Shown one piece after another: positions 16,430 through 26,300 of a stretch of 64,000 bases of DNA. Location: positions 56,360-120,359 of IMG/VR virus record IMGVR_UViG_3300019854_000029. One strand, written 5' to 3'. This DNA comes from a virus. The notes under the pieces are model-generated. The model did not search any database. It was not told the origin of the DNA and worked only from the letters and a program-made list of their open reading frames with translations. Both the position numbers and the translations under genes were made by a program. Within the stretch, counting starts at the first letter, position 1. Every line of letters starts with the position of its first letter.

Positions 16430-18706
16430 TTACTCGATGCCATTAAAGAAATCATCAGCACTCGGCTCACTATCGGCCTTATTTGGCATTGCCGCGTGCT
16501 TACCGCGCCCCAAAGCGGAGGGCAGTGTCGGTTCACTTGCGAGAATCTTATCGACTTCGCTTTCCAGAATCGTTGTCTCAAGGTGCGGGCCGTCGTCCAC
16601 GCTTTGCGAGAGTACGCCGTCGAGGACTGTTTCTTCAGGGTCTCGGCTCGTACCGGTCTTGAACAAGCTGCTCTCGGCAATGTAATCGGGGAGCATGACT
16701 TTACCGACCGTGAGGACAGCTTGATTCAGGCAGATGAGGAACGCGCGGTTATACGCACTCGATAGTTCACTGCTGAGACCGTTGTAGGCTTCAGCGGTGT
16801 TTGAGCTTGCTGCGATACGTTCAAGTTCACGTTCGATCACGTCTTGACTGAACCCGTTCTCACCACTGGACAGGGCGTGAGCAAGTCCCTTACGGTCCTC
16901 ACTACTACCCAAGTAACCGATAGCCCACGACTGGATGTTGCCGAGAATATCGAGACCGTTCGCCTTGTCGAGGAACTGGCCCGGCTCGTTGGAAACAATG
17001 AGGTTAATGTCGCCCATCTTTCGGCCACCCGTGAGGGCCGTGCCGATAATTTCCTTCGCACCGGGAATACGCGCCCAACGCTGCAATTCTTCCCACACTG
17101 TCGCGTTGAACTTGCCAGCGGCTTTACACGCCACAGAGCGAGCGTGGTGAACGACCGCCGTGGACAGGTGCGCGATCTGAACGCTGATGTCGTCCATCGT
17201 GTTTGAGGTTCGCGATGCCATACCCAAAGCGACAGACACGAACCGCGCGTCCTTCACGCTCTTGATCGACACTCGGTGGGAGAAGATGTGTCGGCTCGCG
17301 CCGTCTGGCTCAAAGAACTCTGCGAGCTGAGCGCGAATGAACGTGAGTGTTTGAGCGAACGCCGGGTCGGTGAGACGGTAGTCGTCACTGTGACCGCCCA
17401 CGATCATCTCGTGCTGCTGCTTAATGACCGCATACACGTCGAACAGGCTCAACCCTTCACTGCGATGCCACGTGTGCGGTTCAAGGGAGGACACCCCCGC
17501 GCGAGAGTAAGTCGTGGACACCGCGCTTTGGAGAATCTGCCGCGCCCACTCGCTCTCGGAGCCGCGCCCGACGAGTGCTGACAGGTATGCGAGCGTGTAC
17601 TGTGCGGACACGTCGTACATGGACATGTCGTCTGCGATACGGTCCTCAGAAACAGCGATTTCGAGGGGGTCAAAGTACTTCCCGTCATGCCCGCCCATAT
17701 CGACGATCACGACATCTTCCGGGTTTTGCGCGGCATATAGGGCGGCGATTGGTTCGTATTCGCTGCCTTCAACGTCGTTGACGGTGATGCGGATACGCGG
17801 GTCGTTGAGGAACCCGATCAGCCACGTTTTCACGATGTAGGACTTACCGCCACCGGTCTGCGCGATCACGAGAACGTTCTCAGCGCTCATGCCCGAGGCG
17901 TGGAAGAGCTTCAGAATCGGGTAGAGCGTGGAAATATCCGTCGCAATGTACATGCCACGGCTACCGATAATGCCTTGGTCGTAGCCGGAGAAACGGGAAA
18001 TGATCTCATCGGGGAGCGTCATCTTCCCGGTCCTACGGCCAATGCCACGCGACGCGGGACGCAACGCGCTTGAAGCCGACAGGAACGAGGCGATGTCATC
18101 TTCCACGCGGCTAATGTGAAGCCCGCACTCTGCGGCTTCCTTCACGATTGCTTCAAGAGCGCGATCAAAACCTTCCCCACGCGGCCCAGAAAGAGCCATG
18201 TAGGACTGGAACGTAAACACGCTGCGCCCGGCTTCGGTTTCTTCCTTGAAGAATCGCGTGCTGTGTGCGCGGCGGAGCTTACGGGCAACGTCTTGGGCTT
18301 CCTTCTCGGGAAGATTGTTCGTAGACGTTGGCATGTCTACTTTCCCGCTGAGGAGGTTGTCGCTCTGCGTGAGGAGGTTCTTCAATTTGCCTTTAGTCCA
18401 GTCCGCGTCAAACGGCGTGGCGGTCGTGAAGAACGCGAGCGTGTACTGCGAGGAGCCGAGACGCGCGCGGAGCCTGCTGCGCATGAACAGGGGCACCTCA
18501 TGGTCGTATGCGTCAATCGTGTAGAAAACGGTGACGTTTTGGGGGCCGGACATGAGAGCAAGATCGTCCGTGTACAAGGAGTGGTTGCGTGCGGGGAACC
18601 GCCCGGAAATATTACGGTTCGTCGAGCGTTGAATCATCCACTGCCAGAGCTTCCAAAACGGGATTTCTTGGACTTTCTTACGGCGCTTAGGGGTTTTGGT
18701 TGGCAT
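16430..18706 (-). CDS. VirB4-like T4SS ATPase
   Basis: 758 aa, Walker A IAQTGGGKSY and a Walker B-like FNATVWEELQRW. Its size and context (next to an FtsK-like coupling protein and an NlpC/P60 hydrolase) are typical of Gram-positive VirB4/TcpF/ConE. Confidence 0.7.
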   Translation of the reverse strand: MPTKTPKRRKKVQEIPFWKLWQWMIQRSTNRNISGRFPARNHSLYTDDLALMSGPQNVTVFYTIDAYDHEVPLFMRSRLRARLGSSQYTLAFFTTATPFDADWTKGKLKNLLTQSDNLLSGKVDMPTSTNNLPEKEAQDVARKLRRAHSTRFFKEETEAGRSVFTFQSYMALSGPRGEGFDRALEAIVKEAAECGLHISRVEDDIASFLSASSALRPASRGIGRRTGKMTLPDEIISRFSGYDQGIIGSRGMYIATDISTLYPILKLFHASGMSAENVLVIAQTGGGKSYIVKTWLIGFLNDPRIRITVNDVEGSEYEPIAALYAAQNPEDVVIVDMGGHDGKYFDPLEIAVSEDRIADDMSMYDVSAQYTLAYLSALVGRGSESEWARQILQSAVSTTYSRAGVSSLEPHTWHRSEGLSLFDVYAVIKQQHEMIVGGHSDDYRLTDPAFAQTLTFIRAQLAEFFEPDGASRHIFSHRVSIKSVKDARFVSVALGMASRTSNTMDDISVQIAHLSTAVVHHARSVACKAAGKFNATVWEELQRWARIPGAKEIIGTALTGGRKMGDINLIVSNEPGQFLDKANGLDILGNIQSWAIGYLGSSEDRKGLAHALSSGENGFSQDVIERELERIAASSNTAEAYNGLSSELSSAYNRAFLICLNQAVLTVGKVMLPDYIAESSLFKTGTSRDPEETVLDGVLSQSVDDGPHLETTILESEVDKILASEPTLPSALGRGKHAAMPNKADSEPSADDFFNGIE

Positions 18707-18708
18707 GG

Positions 18709-19911
18709 TTAGTCTTTCTGGTGGTGGAGTGAAGCAGCATCAATGCGTCTGTACATGTCGGTCCATTTTGCATAAGCAACGCGGCGCAATTGTTCGTTCG
18801 CCGGGTATTCGACGAGGGCGGGGACTGACAGGAGGAGACTGGGTGCCGCGCCCACGGACGTGAATGTGCGGGATTTGTCGAGTTTCGCGAGCCGGTTTGC
18901 GGTTCCTTCGCTTTCTAGCGCGTACAGGACCTTGCGGCGGTGTGGGCCGACGTGTTCAACGACATGCCAGTTCGCGTGGGTCGTGTAGTCCACGATGATA
19001 GCCGCGTCGAACGCGGTGGATGCGAGGAGCATGTCGTTAATGACGTTGCTTGTCGGGTGCTGGGTGAATACGACGCGGGCCGCGAGTTCGGGGGCTGCGA
19101 CTTCGGTTTCCGGCGTAACCCACGCATAGTTTTTGTACAGGGCCTTGTACGTGATTCCGGGAGGCATGACAAAGATGAGTCTGCATCGCACGTGTTCAGC
19201 GGACTCTAGGTAGTTCTGGAAGCCCATCATGAATGACTTGAGGTACTTCATGGAGCCGAGAACTTTCACGCGGTACAGGGTTTTCGCGCCCGAGTATTCG
19301 ACACGGGGGAATACCTTCACAGACACGGAAGAGTCCGCTGCGCGACCGGTTTTCGTTCGCTTCGCGCTCTGCCTCAGAACAGCGTTTTCTTTTGAGAAGC
19401 GCGCGTATCCGGCTGCGAGTTCAAGAACAGCGTCTAATGCTGCGCTCCCGTCCTCTGTTTGAGTGTCGTCGAGTTTCTTGTATTCGCTGATGAGGGTTTG
19501 GGCTGCGCGTGACAGGTGGGGGGCGATGTCTGTAGCGCCGTTGAGGACGCTGATAGCGCCGTCTGCGGGGCTTTCATTACCGAATAGGGTGACAGCCTCA
19601 AGGAACCCGTTAAGAGCGTCCTCAGAGTCCATGTAGGAGCCGTTAGTGACGATTCCCCCACACGTGGACACGGCGATACGCACCAACGGTGATGGAGTGT
19701 CCGACGGGTAGATGATCGTCGCATCGGGGGCTTCTTTACGCGCGTCGCGCACGAACTGGGCGATGGTTACGGGAGCGTCGTCACTGTGGTGGATGACAAG
19801 TGCGTCCAATGACAGGGAACCCAAGGCGCGTCGCGCGTCCTCCACGTTCGTGTACGTCACCCATGAGGGGAACCCTCTCGCGGGGGCTGTGTTTGAGATG
19901 AGCATTTTCAT
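18709..19911 (-). CDS. Hypothetical protein (400 aa): N-terminal receiver-like segment, coiled coil, C-terminal alpha/beta domain
   Basis: Overlaps its neighbours by 4 nt or less. No intact P-loop. The architecture resembles 19908-21233 and 58093-59358 (see findings). Confidence 0.55.
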   Translation of the reverse strand: MKMLISNTAPARGFPSWVTYTNVEDARRALGSLSLDALVIHHSDDAPVTIAQFVRDARKEAPDATIIYPSDTPSPLVRIAVSTCGGIVTNGSYMDSEDALNGFLEAVTLFGNESPADGAISVLNGATDIAPHLSRAAQTLISEYKKLDDTQTEDGSAALDAVLELAAGYARFSKENAVLRQSAKRTKTGRAADSSVSVKVFPRVEYSGAKTLYRVKVLGSMKYLKSFMMGFQNYLESAEHVRCRLIFVMPPGITYKALYKNYAWVTPETEVAAPELAARVVFTQHPTSNVINDMLLASTAFDAAIIVDYTTHANWHVVEHVGPHRRKVLYALESEGTANRLAKLDKSRTFTSVGAAPSLLLSVPALVEYPANEQLRRVAYAKWTDMYRRIDAASLHHQKD

Positions 19912-21233
19912 GCCGATACCTCGGTGGGTTGTGCGAGGAAGCGGAGCTGGCGGAACATCGGGTCACGGTTCCACACGAACTTTTGCCCAAGCCGCGTAGC
20001 GTTCATTGCGAGTTCTTCACTCGGTTCGCCCGCATACAGCCAGCCATTAGAGGCGACGATTTCTTGGAGGTCGTCGTCAAAGCGCTCGCGTGACACGAAA
20101 TTGTTCAGCATCGTGGCGATTGCTTTAACTCGCGGGGAAGCGTCAAGGAACGCGGTTCCGCTCACCCAGTGGATAGACGCGGGGAACGCTTTAGAGATCG
20201 CTTTGATCTGCGTCGCATAGTCGTTGTCTCCACTGAGGAACACGGGAATGATCGTGTAGTCGAAACGGGGGATGAGGCCGGTGAGTTCATCGAGGCCACC
20301 GGGGGTGAGTGTTTCTCCCGCGTTGGGGCTGGTCACGTACAGGGTTTGTGTCTGCTGGTATGGGGTGCTGATGGGGAGTGAGCGGTGGAACTCGGTGTAA
20401 AAGTCCGGGTTGCTCGTCACGTGGGACAGGAATGCTTCATTGTTGACGGTACTGGCGATGAGCGTGCTGTAACCGCGCTGCGAGTAGTAGTCAGCGAGAG
20501 TGCGCGTGTAGGTGAAGAGCCGGTTCGGTGTGGAGCCGATGATGATGTTGACGCGCGCCCCGGTGTTGAGCACGGGGAACGCCCCGCCTTGGGCTTCAAC
20601 GTAGGTGGGGAACGCTTCAGACAACGCGGGGAAATCGTTGAGCTTTAGTTGCGGGTATTCGCTCAGTTCCGCACTGTCCTCGTCGTCGGAGTCAAAGTAC
20701 ATCGTGTCCGAGTGGGCCACACCCAATGATGCGAAATCCTGCTCTGCGACCATTGTGGGGGCCGCGTACTGGCGGGTTTCTTCGGGGGCCTGCGAGGTGA
20801 TGGTGGGCAGCTCGTTACTGTAGGTCTTGTGTGCGTCTTGGAACTCGACGAACGACATTGACCCCGCGTCCTTGAAGAACTGGGGCCACGACAATGCGGT
20901 GGACTCCAACGCGCACGCCAGCGGGTAGGTGATGCCACGGACGAAACCTAGTGCAACCTGCTCGTTCTGTGCGAAACAGATCACGTCGATCTGCTGGACG
21001 ACGTTTTCACGCTGCGCGTCTGCGAGGTACGTGTCGAGGAGGCGTAGTTCGCTTGCTGCGATTTCCTTGTTTGCGAGGACAAGAATACGGTCGAAAGACT
21101 CGTTCTTGATCGCAATGGTCTCGTAGAACTCTTTGATGGTGTGGTATGCGGAAAACTCTGCTGCGTCAGCGTTGCCGCGCGCAAAGTTGAGTACCTTTTC
21201 GGGCGACATGTCCGCGATGATGCAAATCTTCAC
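19908..21233 (-). CDS. Hypothetical protein (441 aa), possible TadZ/CpaE-like protein with a degenerate P-loop
   Basis: The N-terminus MKICIIADMS...FDRILVLANKE looks receiver-like. The C-terminal RVNIIIGSTPNRLFTYTRTLADYYSQRGYSTLIAST parallels the ParA/MinD strand-loop-helix but lacks GKT. Confidence 0.4.
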   Translation of the reverse strand: MKICIIADMSPEKVLNFARGNADAAEFSAYHTIKEFYETIAIKNESFDRILVLANKEIAASELRLLDTYLADAQRENVVQQIDVICFAQNEQVALGFVRGITYPLACALESTALSWPQFFKDAGSMSFVEFQDAHKTYSNELPTITSQAPEETRQYAAPTMVAEQDFASLGVAHSDTMYFDSDDEDSAELSEYPQLKLNDFPALSEAFPTYVEAQGGAFPVLNTGARVNIIIGSTPNRLFTYTRTLADYYSQRGYSTLIASTVNNEAFLSHVTSNPDFYTEFHRSLPISTPYQQTQTLYVTSPNAGETLTPGGLDELTGLIPRFDYTIIPVFLSGDNDYATQIKAISKAFPASIHWVSGTAFLDASPRVKAIATMLNNFVSRERFDDDLQEIVASNGWLYAGEPSEELAMNATRLGQKFVWNRDPMFRQLRFLAQPTEVSA

Positions 21234-22225
21234 TTTGTAACCCTTCCTTGTGAAGTTTCGTCACCGGTATAACGTTTTTGGCCGCTTGCTGTTTCCACGT
21301 AAATCGGGTGAATGCTCCCAGAGTAGGAAGCGGAAACGGAGCTGTTGAGAGCGTCTGCGACAGAGAAGTTGTCAATCCCGTAGATCGTTTCGGTGAGCTG
21401 ACCGAGGAGCGTGCGATCAAGGGGTTGGACGCTCATCCAGTTACCCCGGCTGATGAGGATAGAAGAGAACGCTCGGTAGCCTTCGATGAGGGCTTCTGCG
21501 GACGCGCGGGAAGCGTCCATTGATAGACAGAACACGTCACTGGGGGTGCGGGAGGCGCGTTGCTCTTCTTCGAGGTTCGCGATGATCGCGGTCCCGATGT
21601 TACGGAAGTCCTCATTGGGGGCTTGTGCGAGGTCGGTGTACATGCGCTCAAAGCGTGGCCGGTCGTCGAGGGTACCCATGAAGTCGATGTGTCGGACGGC
21701 GATGTTGCGTTTACCGGCTTCTTGGTATGCATCGGCTAGTCCGTCCCAGTTCGCGCTCACGTCTCTGCCTTGCGTGCGGCCCACGGTCATGCCTTTGTGG
21801 GCGAGGAGGTAGATGCCGATTTGACCACCTACGAAATAGCAAATGTAGGGAGCGTCGTCGTCGATACGGTAAATGCCCCAGAGTCTACCTTCGGGCATGA
21901 TGAGGTCTCGTTCGTTCATGCCTTTCCATGCGCGGCGCACGGTGCGTTCGTCGAGGAGGAGGAACCGGCAAGCGTAGAGAACAGCGAGGGGAATGATTGC
22001 GAGGAACAAGGGGACTTTAATGAGCGCGGCCATCGGAACCCACGCGAGGCAGGCGAGGCAGACAACGGCGGTCACAGGCATTGCGATCATTGCTGCGATG
22101 CGGCGCTGGTGTTTTGAGTCAGCCATTGTGACTGCTGGCTGAAACTCTAGGCCAAGGGGGATGCGTAGGGTTTCGTCCCCGGTGCGGGGATGGTAGTCGT
22201 ATTGGTCTGTGAGGTTGTCGCTCAT
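21230..22225 (-). CDS. Membrane protein (331 aa), first gene of the VirB4 operon
   Basis: Two TM helices (IAAMIAMPVTAVVCLACLAWV / PLFLAIIPLAVLYACRFLLL) are followed by a cytoplasmic domain. Promoter copy P3 lies upstream. Confidence 0.6.
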   Translation of the reverse strand: MSDNLTDQYDYHPRTGDETLRIPLGLEFQPAVTMADSKHQRRIAAMIAMPVTAVVCLACLAWVPMAALIKVPLFLAIIPLAVLYACRFLLLDERTVRRAWKGMNERDLIMPEGRLWGIYRIDDDAPYICYFVGGQIGIYLLAHKGMTVGRTQGRDVSANWDGLADAYQEAGKRNIAVRHIDFMGTLDDRPRFERMYTDLAQAPNEDFRNIGTAIIANLEEEQRASRTPSDVFCLSMDASRASAEALIEGYRAFSSILISRGNWMSVQPLDRTLLGQLTETIYGIDNFSVADALNSSVSASYSGSIHPIYVETASGQKRYTGDETSQGRVTK

Positions 22226-22283
22226 TCTTATGCTTTCGGTTGATGTGATGGTTCGTTGAGTCTATGTAACATACTAACCTATA

Positions 22284-22309
22284 GTGTACCTATTTTATAG
22301 GAGTATGGC
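22284..22309 (-). promoter_or_regulatory. Promoter module copy P3
   Basis: The minus-strand reading is GCCATACTCCTATAAAATAGGTACAC (-10 TATAAA), ~60 nt upstream of the ATG at 22225. Confidence 0.5.
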
Positions 22310-22450
22310 CGGGTGCGTAGCAGTGGGTTTCCTTTGGGGGCTTCGATGCGGGACGGGATGAACTCTGCGCGTAACTATGCACCATATATGCGCTATCCAA
22401 GGTCTCGGCCCCGTGCATTTTGAGCCTTTTATGCATCTGCGCCTCCATTC

Positions 22451-22466
22451 GCGTATAGCTATACGC
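22451..22466. repeat. Perfect 16-bp palindrome GCGTATAGCTATACGC
   Basis: Located 10 nt downstream of the NlpC/P60 stop, in the 250-bp gap that splits the T4SS genes into two units. It could be an operator or a weak hairpin. Confidence 0.6.
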
Positions 22467-22475
22467 TTCTAGTGG

Positions 22476-23369
22476 TCACTCAAACCGGAGATAATGCGTC
22501 ACCCACTGCGTCAAATACCCCTGCTGGAAGCCAACATCGGAAATATCCTCAGAGTCAGCCGAGGGGCCTTTCTTCACGTGAGCGCCTTGCGTGGAAGCGT
22601 GGCTAATCCACCCGTCACCAATGTAGACACCCACGTGGCCGGGGCCGCTGATAATGTCTCCCGGCTTCAGGGAGTTCACGTCACCGTTGAACGGGCGGGA
22701 CACCGCGCGGAATGTGCCAGACGACGCTGAGAGCTTGCTTGTCACTTGGTCGGCGCTCGACTTGCCGACGATAACGCGGTCTTGGTCAGCGGGAAGCTGC
22801 ACGGCTTTACCGGAGCCGTCCATCGTCCACCCGCTCATGAGGAGAAGGGCGGACACCCAGCCGGAACAGTCGTAACCGTTTGGCCCGCGAGCGCCCCAGT
22901 CGTAGGTGTAGTTTTTCTGGCTGCTTGCCCATTTCGCGTTAGCGGCAATCGCTGAGCCAATCTGATTGGGGGAGGCTGCGACAGCGGGTACGCCTTGCCC
23001 ACTGGAATACTCTCCGCCTTGGTTCCCGCCCTTCTGGCTGCTCTTTACGCCAGCCGACGTGGAACCAAGCTGTTTGAGTACTTCAGGGTCTTGTGTCAGG
23101 AGGAAAACGCTTGTGTTCACTGCGAGGAGCGCTGCCATGACAGCGGCAACGAACGTAAGCCACGAGGCGACAATCAGAGCGTTCAGGGCATCCACGAGGC
23201 GCGAAAAGAACCGTAGGAGCTTCCACACGCCCGCACGAGCACTTCGCAGCACGCCGCTAGGGGCTTGCTCGCCCCCAGCCGCCAAAGCGACGTTAAACGC
23301 CGCTCTGGAAGCTAGGGACGCGCATTTAAGCCCCAGCGACAGGATGAACAATAAGAACGCGATCAGCAC
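22476..23369 (-). CDS. NlpC/P60 (C40) cell-wall hydrolase with N-terminal TM segments
   Basis: Catalytic Cys context GYDCSGWVSALL and His context GPGHVGVYIGDG, with membrane helices at the N-terminus. This is the VirB1/CwlT-type function of Gram-positive T4SS. Confidence 0.8.
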   Translation of the reverse strand: MLIAFLLFILSLGLKCASLASRAAFNVALAAGGEQAPSGVLRSARAGVWKLLRFFSRLVDALNALIVASWLTFVAAVMAALLAVNTSVFLLTQDPEVLKQLGSTSAGVKSSQKGGNQGGEYSSGQGVPAVAASPNQIGSAIAANAKWASSQKNYTYDWGARGPNGYDCSGWVSALLLMSGWTMDGSGKAVQLPADQDRVIVGKSSADQVTSKLSASSGTFRAVSRPFNGDVNSLKPGDIISGPGHVGVYIGDGWISHASTQGAHVKKGPSADSEDISDVGFQQGYLTQWVTHYLRFE

Positions 23370-23371
23370 GG

Positions 23372-26300
23372 TTACGCCTTCTTAAAATCAGCGTTCGACT
23401 GAATGGTCCTACGACCCTTAGAAATACTCGATTCGATGACCTGCTTCTTTTCCTTCTTCTTCGCCGGGTCGTTCGCACTGTCGCCCTTAAGGGTCTGCTT
23501 ATTGAAGTCAGCGGCCTTCGTCTTATCGCGAGGCTCTTCCGACTCAGCTTGGACAGCGGTAGCGGCCTTCACGCGGCTAGAAACACCCTGAGCGCCACGA
23601 ACCGCCGCGCTACCGGCACCACGGCCCGCCGCGACAGCAACGCCAGCGCCAGCCGCCATGCCACCACCGAACGAACGCATACGGCTCATGCCGCTACGTG
23701 CCATGTCAGCGAGGCTTGAACCCGCAGCCGCAAGGCTGGAACCAATGACCTTAGCGGACGCGACAATTTCCTTCGTAGACGCGCGTAGCAGGATGAAATA
23801 GACGATAGAGATAGCCACGTTCAGCGCAGCGACCGTGAGCAGGAGCAACACCGGGTCACCGACAGCGATACTGCTACCCAACTGGCCGGTCACGCCACTC
23901 GCGGGACTACCGATCAGGAGGGAAATAATGCCGACGTGAATGAAACCAATCACGCCGATAGCGAGGATAGGCCGCAACACGTGCTTCCACAGTCCACTTG
24001 TTGCCTTCTCGTCACTCACGCGGCACGCAGAGGCCATAGACCGCAGGATCGCCACCAAAACAATCGCGATGATCGCACCGTACTTGAGGAGCGGAACCAC
24101 GTAGATACTGGTCACGTCCACCGCGAGGAGCATGATAACGGTCGTAATCGACGACTCTTGCATGACCTGTTGGTAGAAGTTCGTATCATTCGACGACAGC
24201 AATGCGGGCTTTTGCAGCGAGTTCGCCAGCATCAGGCGCATGTAAGCGTCGAAACTGAAGTTCTTCAACTCATATGCCTGCGGGTAGAGCTGGCTACCGG
24301 TCTGAACGCCCAAAACAGTAGCGTCTGAGAACACTTGATTGAACTCGAACGTGGTCATCATCGCGGCAGACGAATTGAGCACGTTGTCTTGGAACGTGTA
24401 GTAGTTCAACAGGTCCAAGAACGGGGTCTTAGTGTTCCGCAAGACGCGCATGATGCGAGACTCAACGGGAGTCAGGTCAGACTCGGTAAGACCGTAAGCA
24501 GTCATCTCGGAGGGGGAGAACACCATCGGACGCTCAGCCGGGTAGGAAGCGGGGTCCAAGGGGTCTTTCACCGTGTAGGTCACGCCGTTCGCGTAAACCT
24601 TCGTCGGGGCCGCGTAACCGGCCTCGTACATTTGGTCTACCCACGGACTGTACATCGCCGCGAGCTGCGAGACGTTCACGTTCTGCCAGTACTTTTGACG
24701 GTTCTCGGGATTGTCCTTGTACTCATCGTCGTGGCCCGGCTCGAACGGGAGGTTACTGTAGGTGCGCAGACTGTACTTCTTGTCGTATTCGACAACGACA
24801 TTGTTAGCGGCCTTCAGGTAAGGAATCGTGTAGGTGAACAGTTCCTTCATACCGAGGTAGTCTTTCAACTCCCCGTTATTGTCGATGGTCGCGTCCGCGT
24901 CCTTATCGCCGGACTTGTTGTTGTAGAAGTACCCCTGATCTGGGGCAGACAGCAGCATGTCTTTCCAGCCGTTAGAGGCGTTCGGTGCGGCTGACAGCCC
25001 GTGGTCGAAGTTGTACCACGAGAAGTGGTAGTACGGGGACTCGGTGAACAATCCGAACGCGCCGAGACTGTTGTAGTCAGCGTCCGTATATGGCTCGTTG
25101 TCCGGGTTGTAGCCAGCGGGGTTTTGTTCCTTGATCTGGTCGCGCGCGCTCTTGCCTTGCGTGTACACGCCGAGGCTGAACTGGTATGCGCCGGTGGGGA
25201 TACCCACGTTCTGACCATACGTGAGGTTGTCGAGCTTCGATGCGTCACCGATGTGGTCGTTGACGATCTTGGAAGCCATGACGGGCGTGATGTACGACAG
25301 GGTGGTGGGGTCACTGTTACCGGAGGGCTTGTTCGCGTATCCAGTGCCCGCGTATGCGGTCAACGTGTCCGGGTACTTGTCGTAAGCGTCCTTCATGCTT
25401 TCAGTCCACGTACTCATGTCAGGAGTCTTGTTGTACGCGGCTTTACCGTCACCACGGGTCTTAGAGAGTCCGAGGTACGTGTAGCGGGACTGGTTAGCGA
25501 TATCCACGTAGGAGCGGTACAGGTACGTCGAGTTCGGGTCACTCAGGAACGTTTCACCGCCGTATGCGCTCTGCGTGGAGGACTTCAACAGGCGAGACAG
25601 GGAGTCAGAGGAAGCGACAGCGCGGCTCAGGTCAGAACCGAACTCGACAGCGGTGCGCTTCTTCGGGGACTGCCACTTGAGGAGAATGTTCTCCCCACCA
25701 CGGTTAGAAATCTCGTTTTCTTTCCCGTCGCTACCGTCACTCACCCAGCCGGACATGTCGGCTGCGTTATTGAACACGGTTTGCAGGTAGTTCCCGTAAT
25801 CGTCACCGGTAGCGGCCTTGTCGATTTCAGATGAATACGCTTGATGGGTGACGAGCGCCCAGTAGGTGAACTTCTCGCTGAGAACCTTACCGCTGTAAGC
25901 GTTCGTCTGGTCGATCACGTAGTTCAACGTGGGGATAGCGCCCGCTGCGACGATGAAGAAAATGATGAAGCTCATGACCGCTCGCCGGATGGAAACCATC
26001 TGCACGAGAGCGAACACGCCGAGCATCGCTGCGACGAACACGAGCATGTACGACAAGTATCGGTTGTACAGGGTCACAATCGAGTCAGTCCACGACAAGT
26101 CATGCAGGTTCGGCGTGGACACGTAGCCAGCGAAACCGACGTATTTCGTGGTTCCCTGATTCACGCCGATAGTCTGCGTTCCGGTCATGTCCGAGTGCCA
26201 GCGGAGCATGAAGCTACCGGCGATCATCGTGAGGAGCTGCGACTTGTAGGCCGTGTGGCTCCAATTCGGAGACAACAGGGCAAGCGAGTAGTCAGTCAAG

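Noticed and set aside
22226-22475. A possible ~50-aa minus-strand ORF (MEAQMHKRLKMHG...) in the gap between the NlpC/P60 gene and the VirB4 operon.
   Set aside because: It would run across promoter copy P3, has no RBS and has an odd composition. The gap is better explained as regulatory DNA (palindrome 22451-22466 plus promoter).
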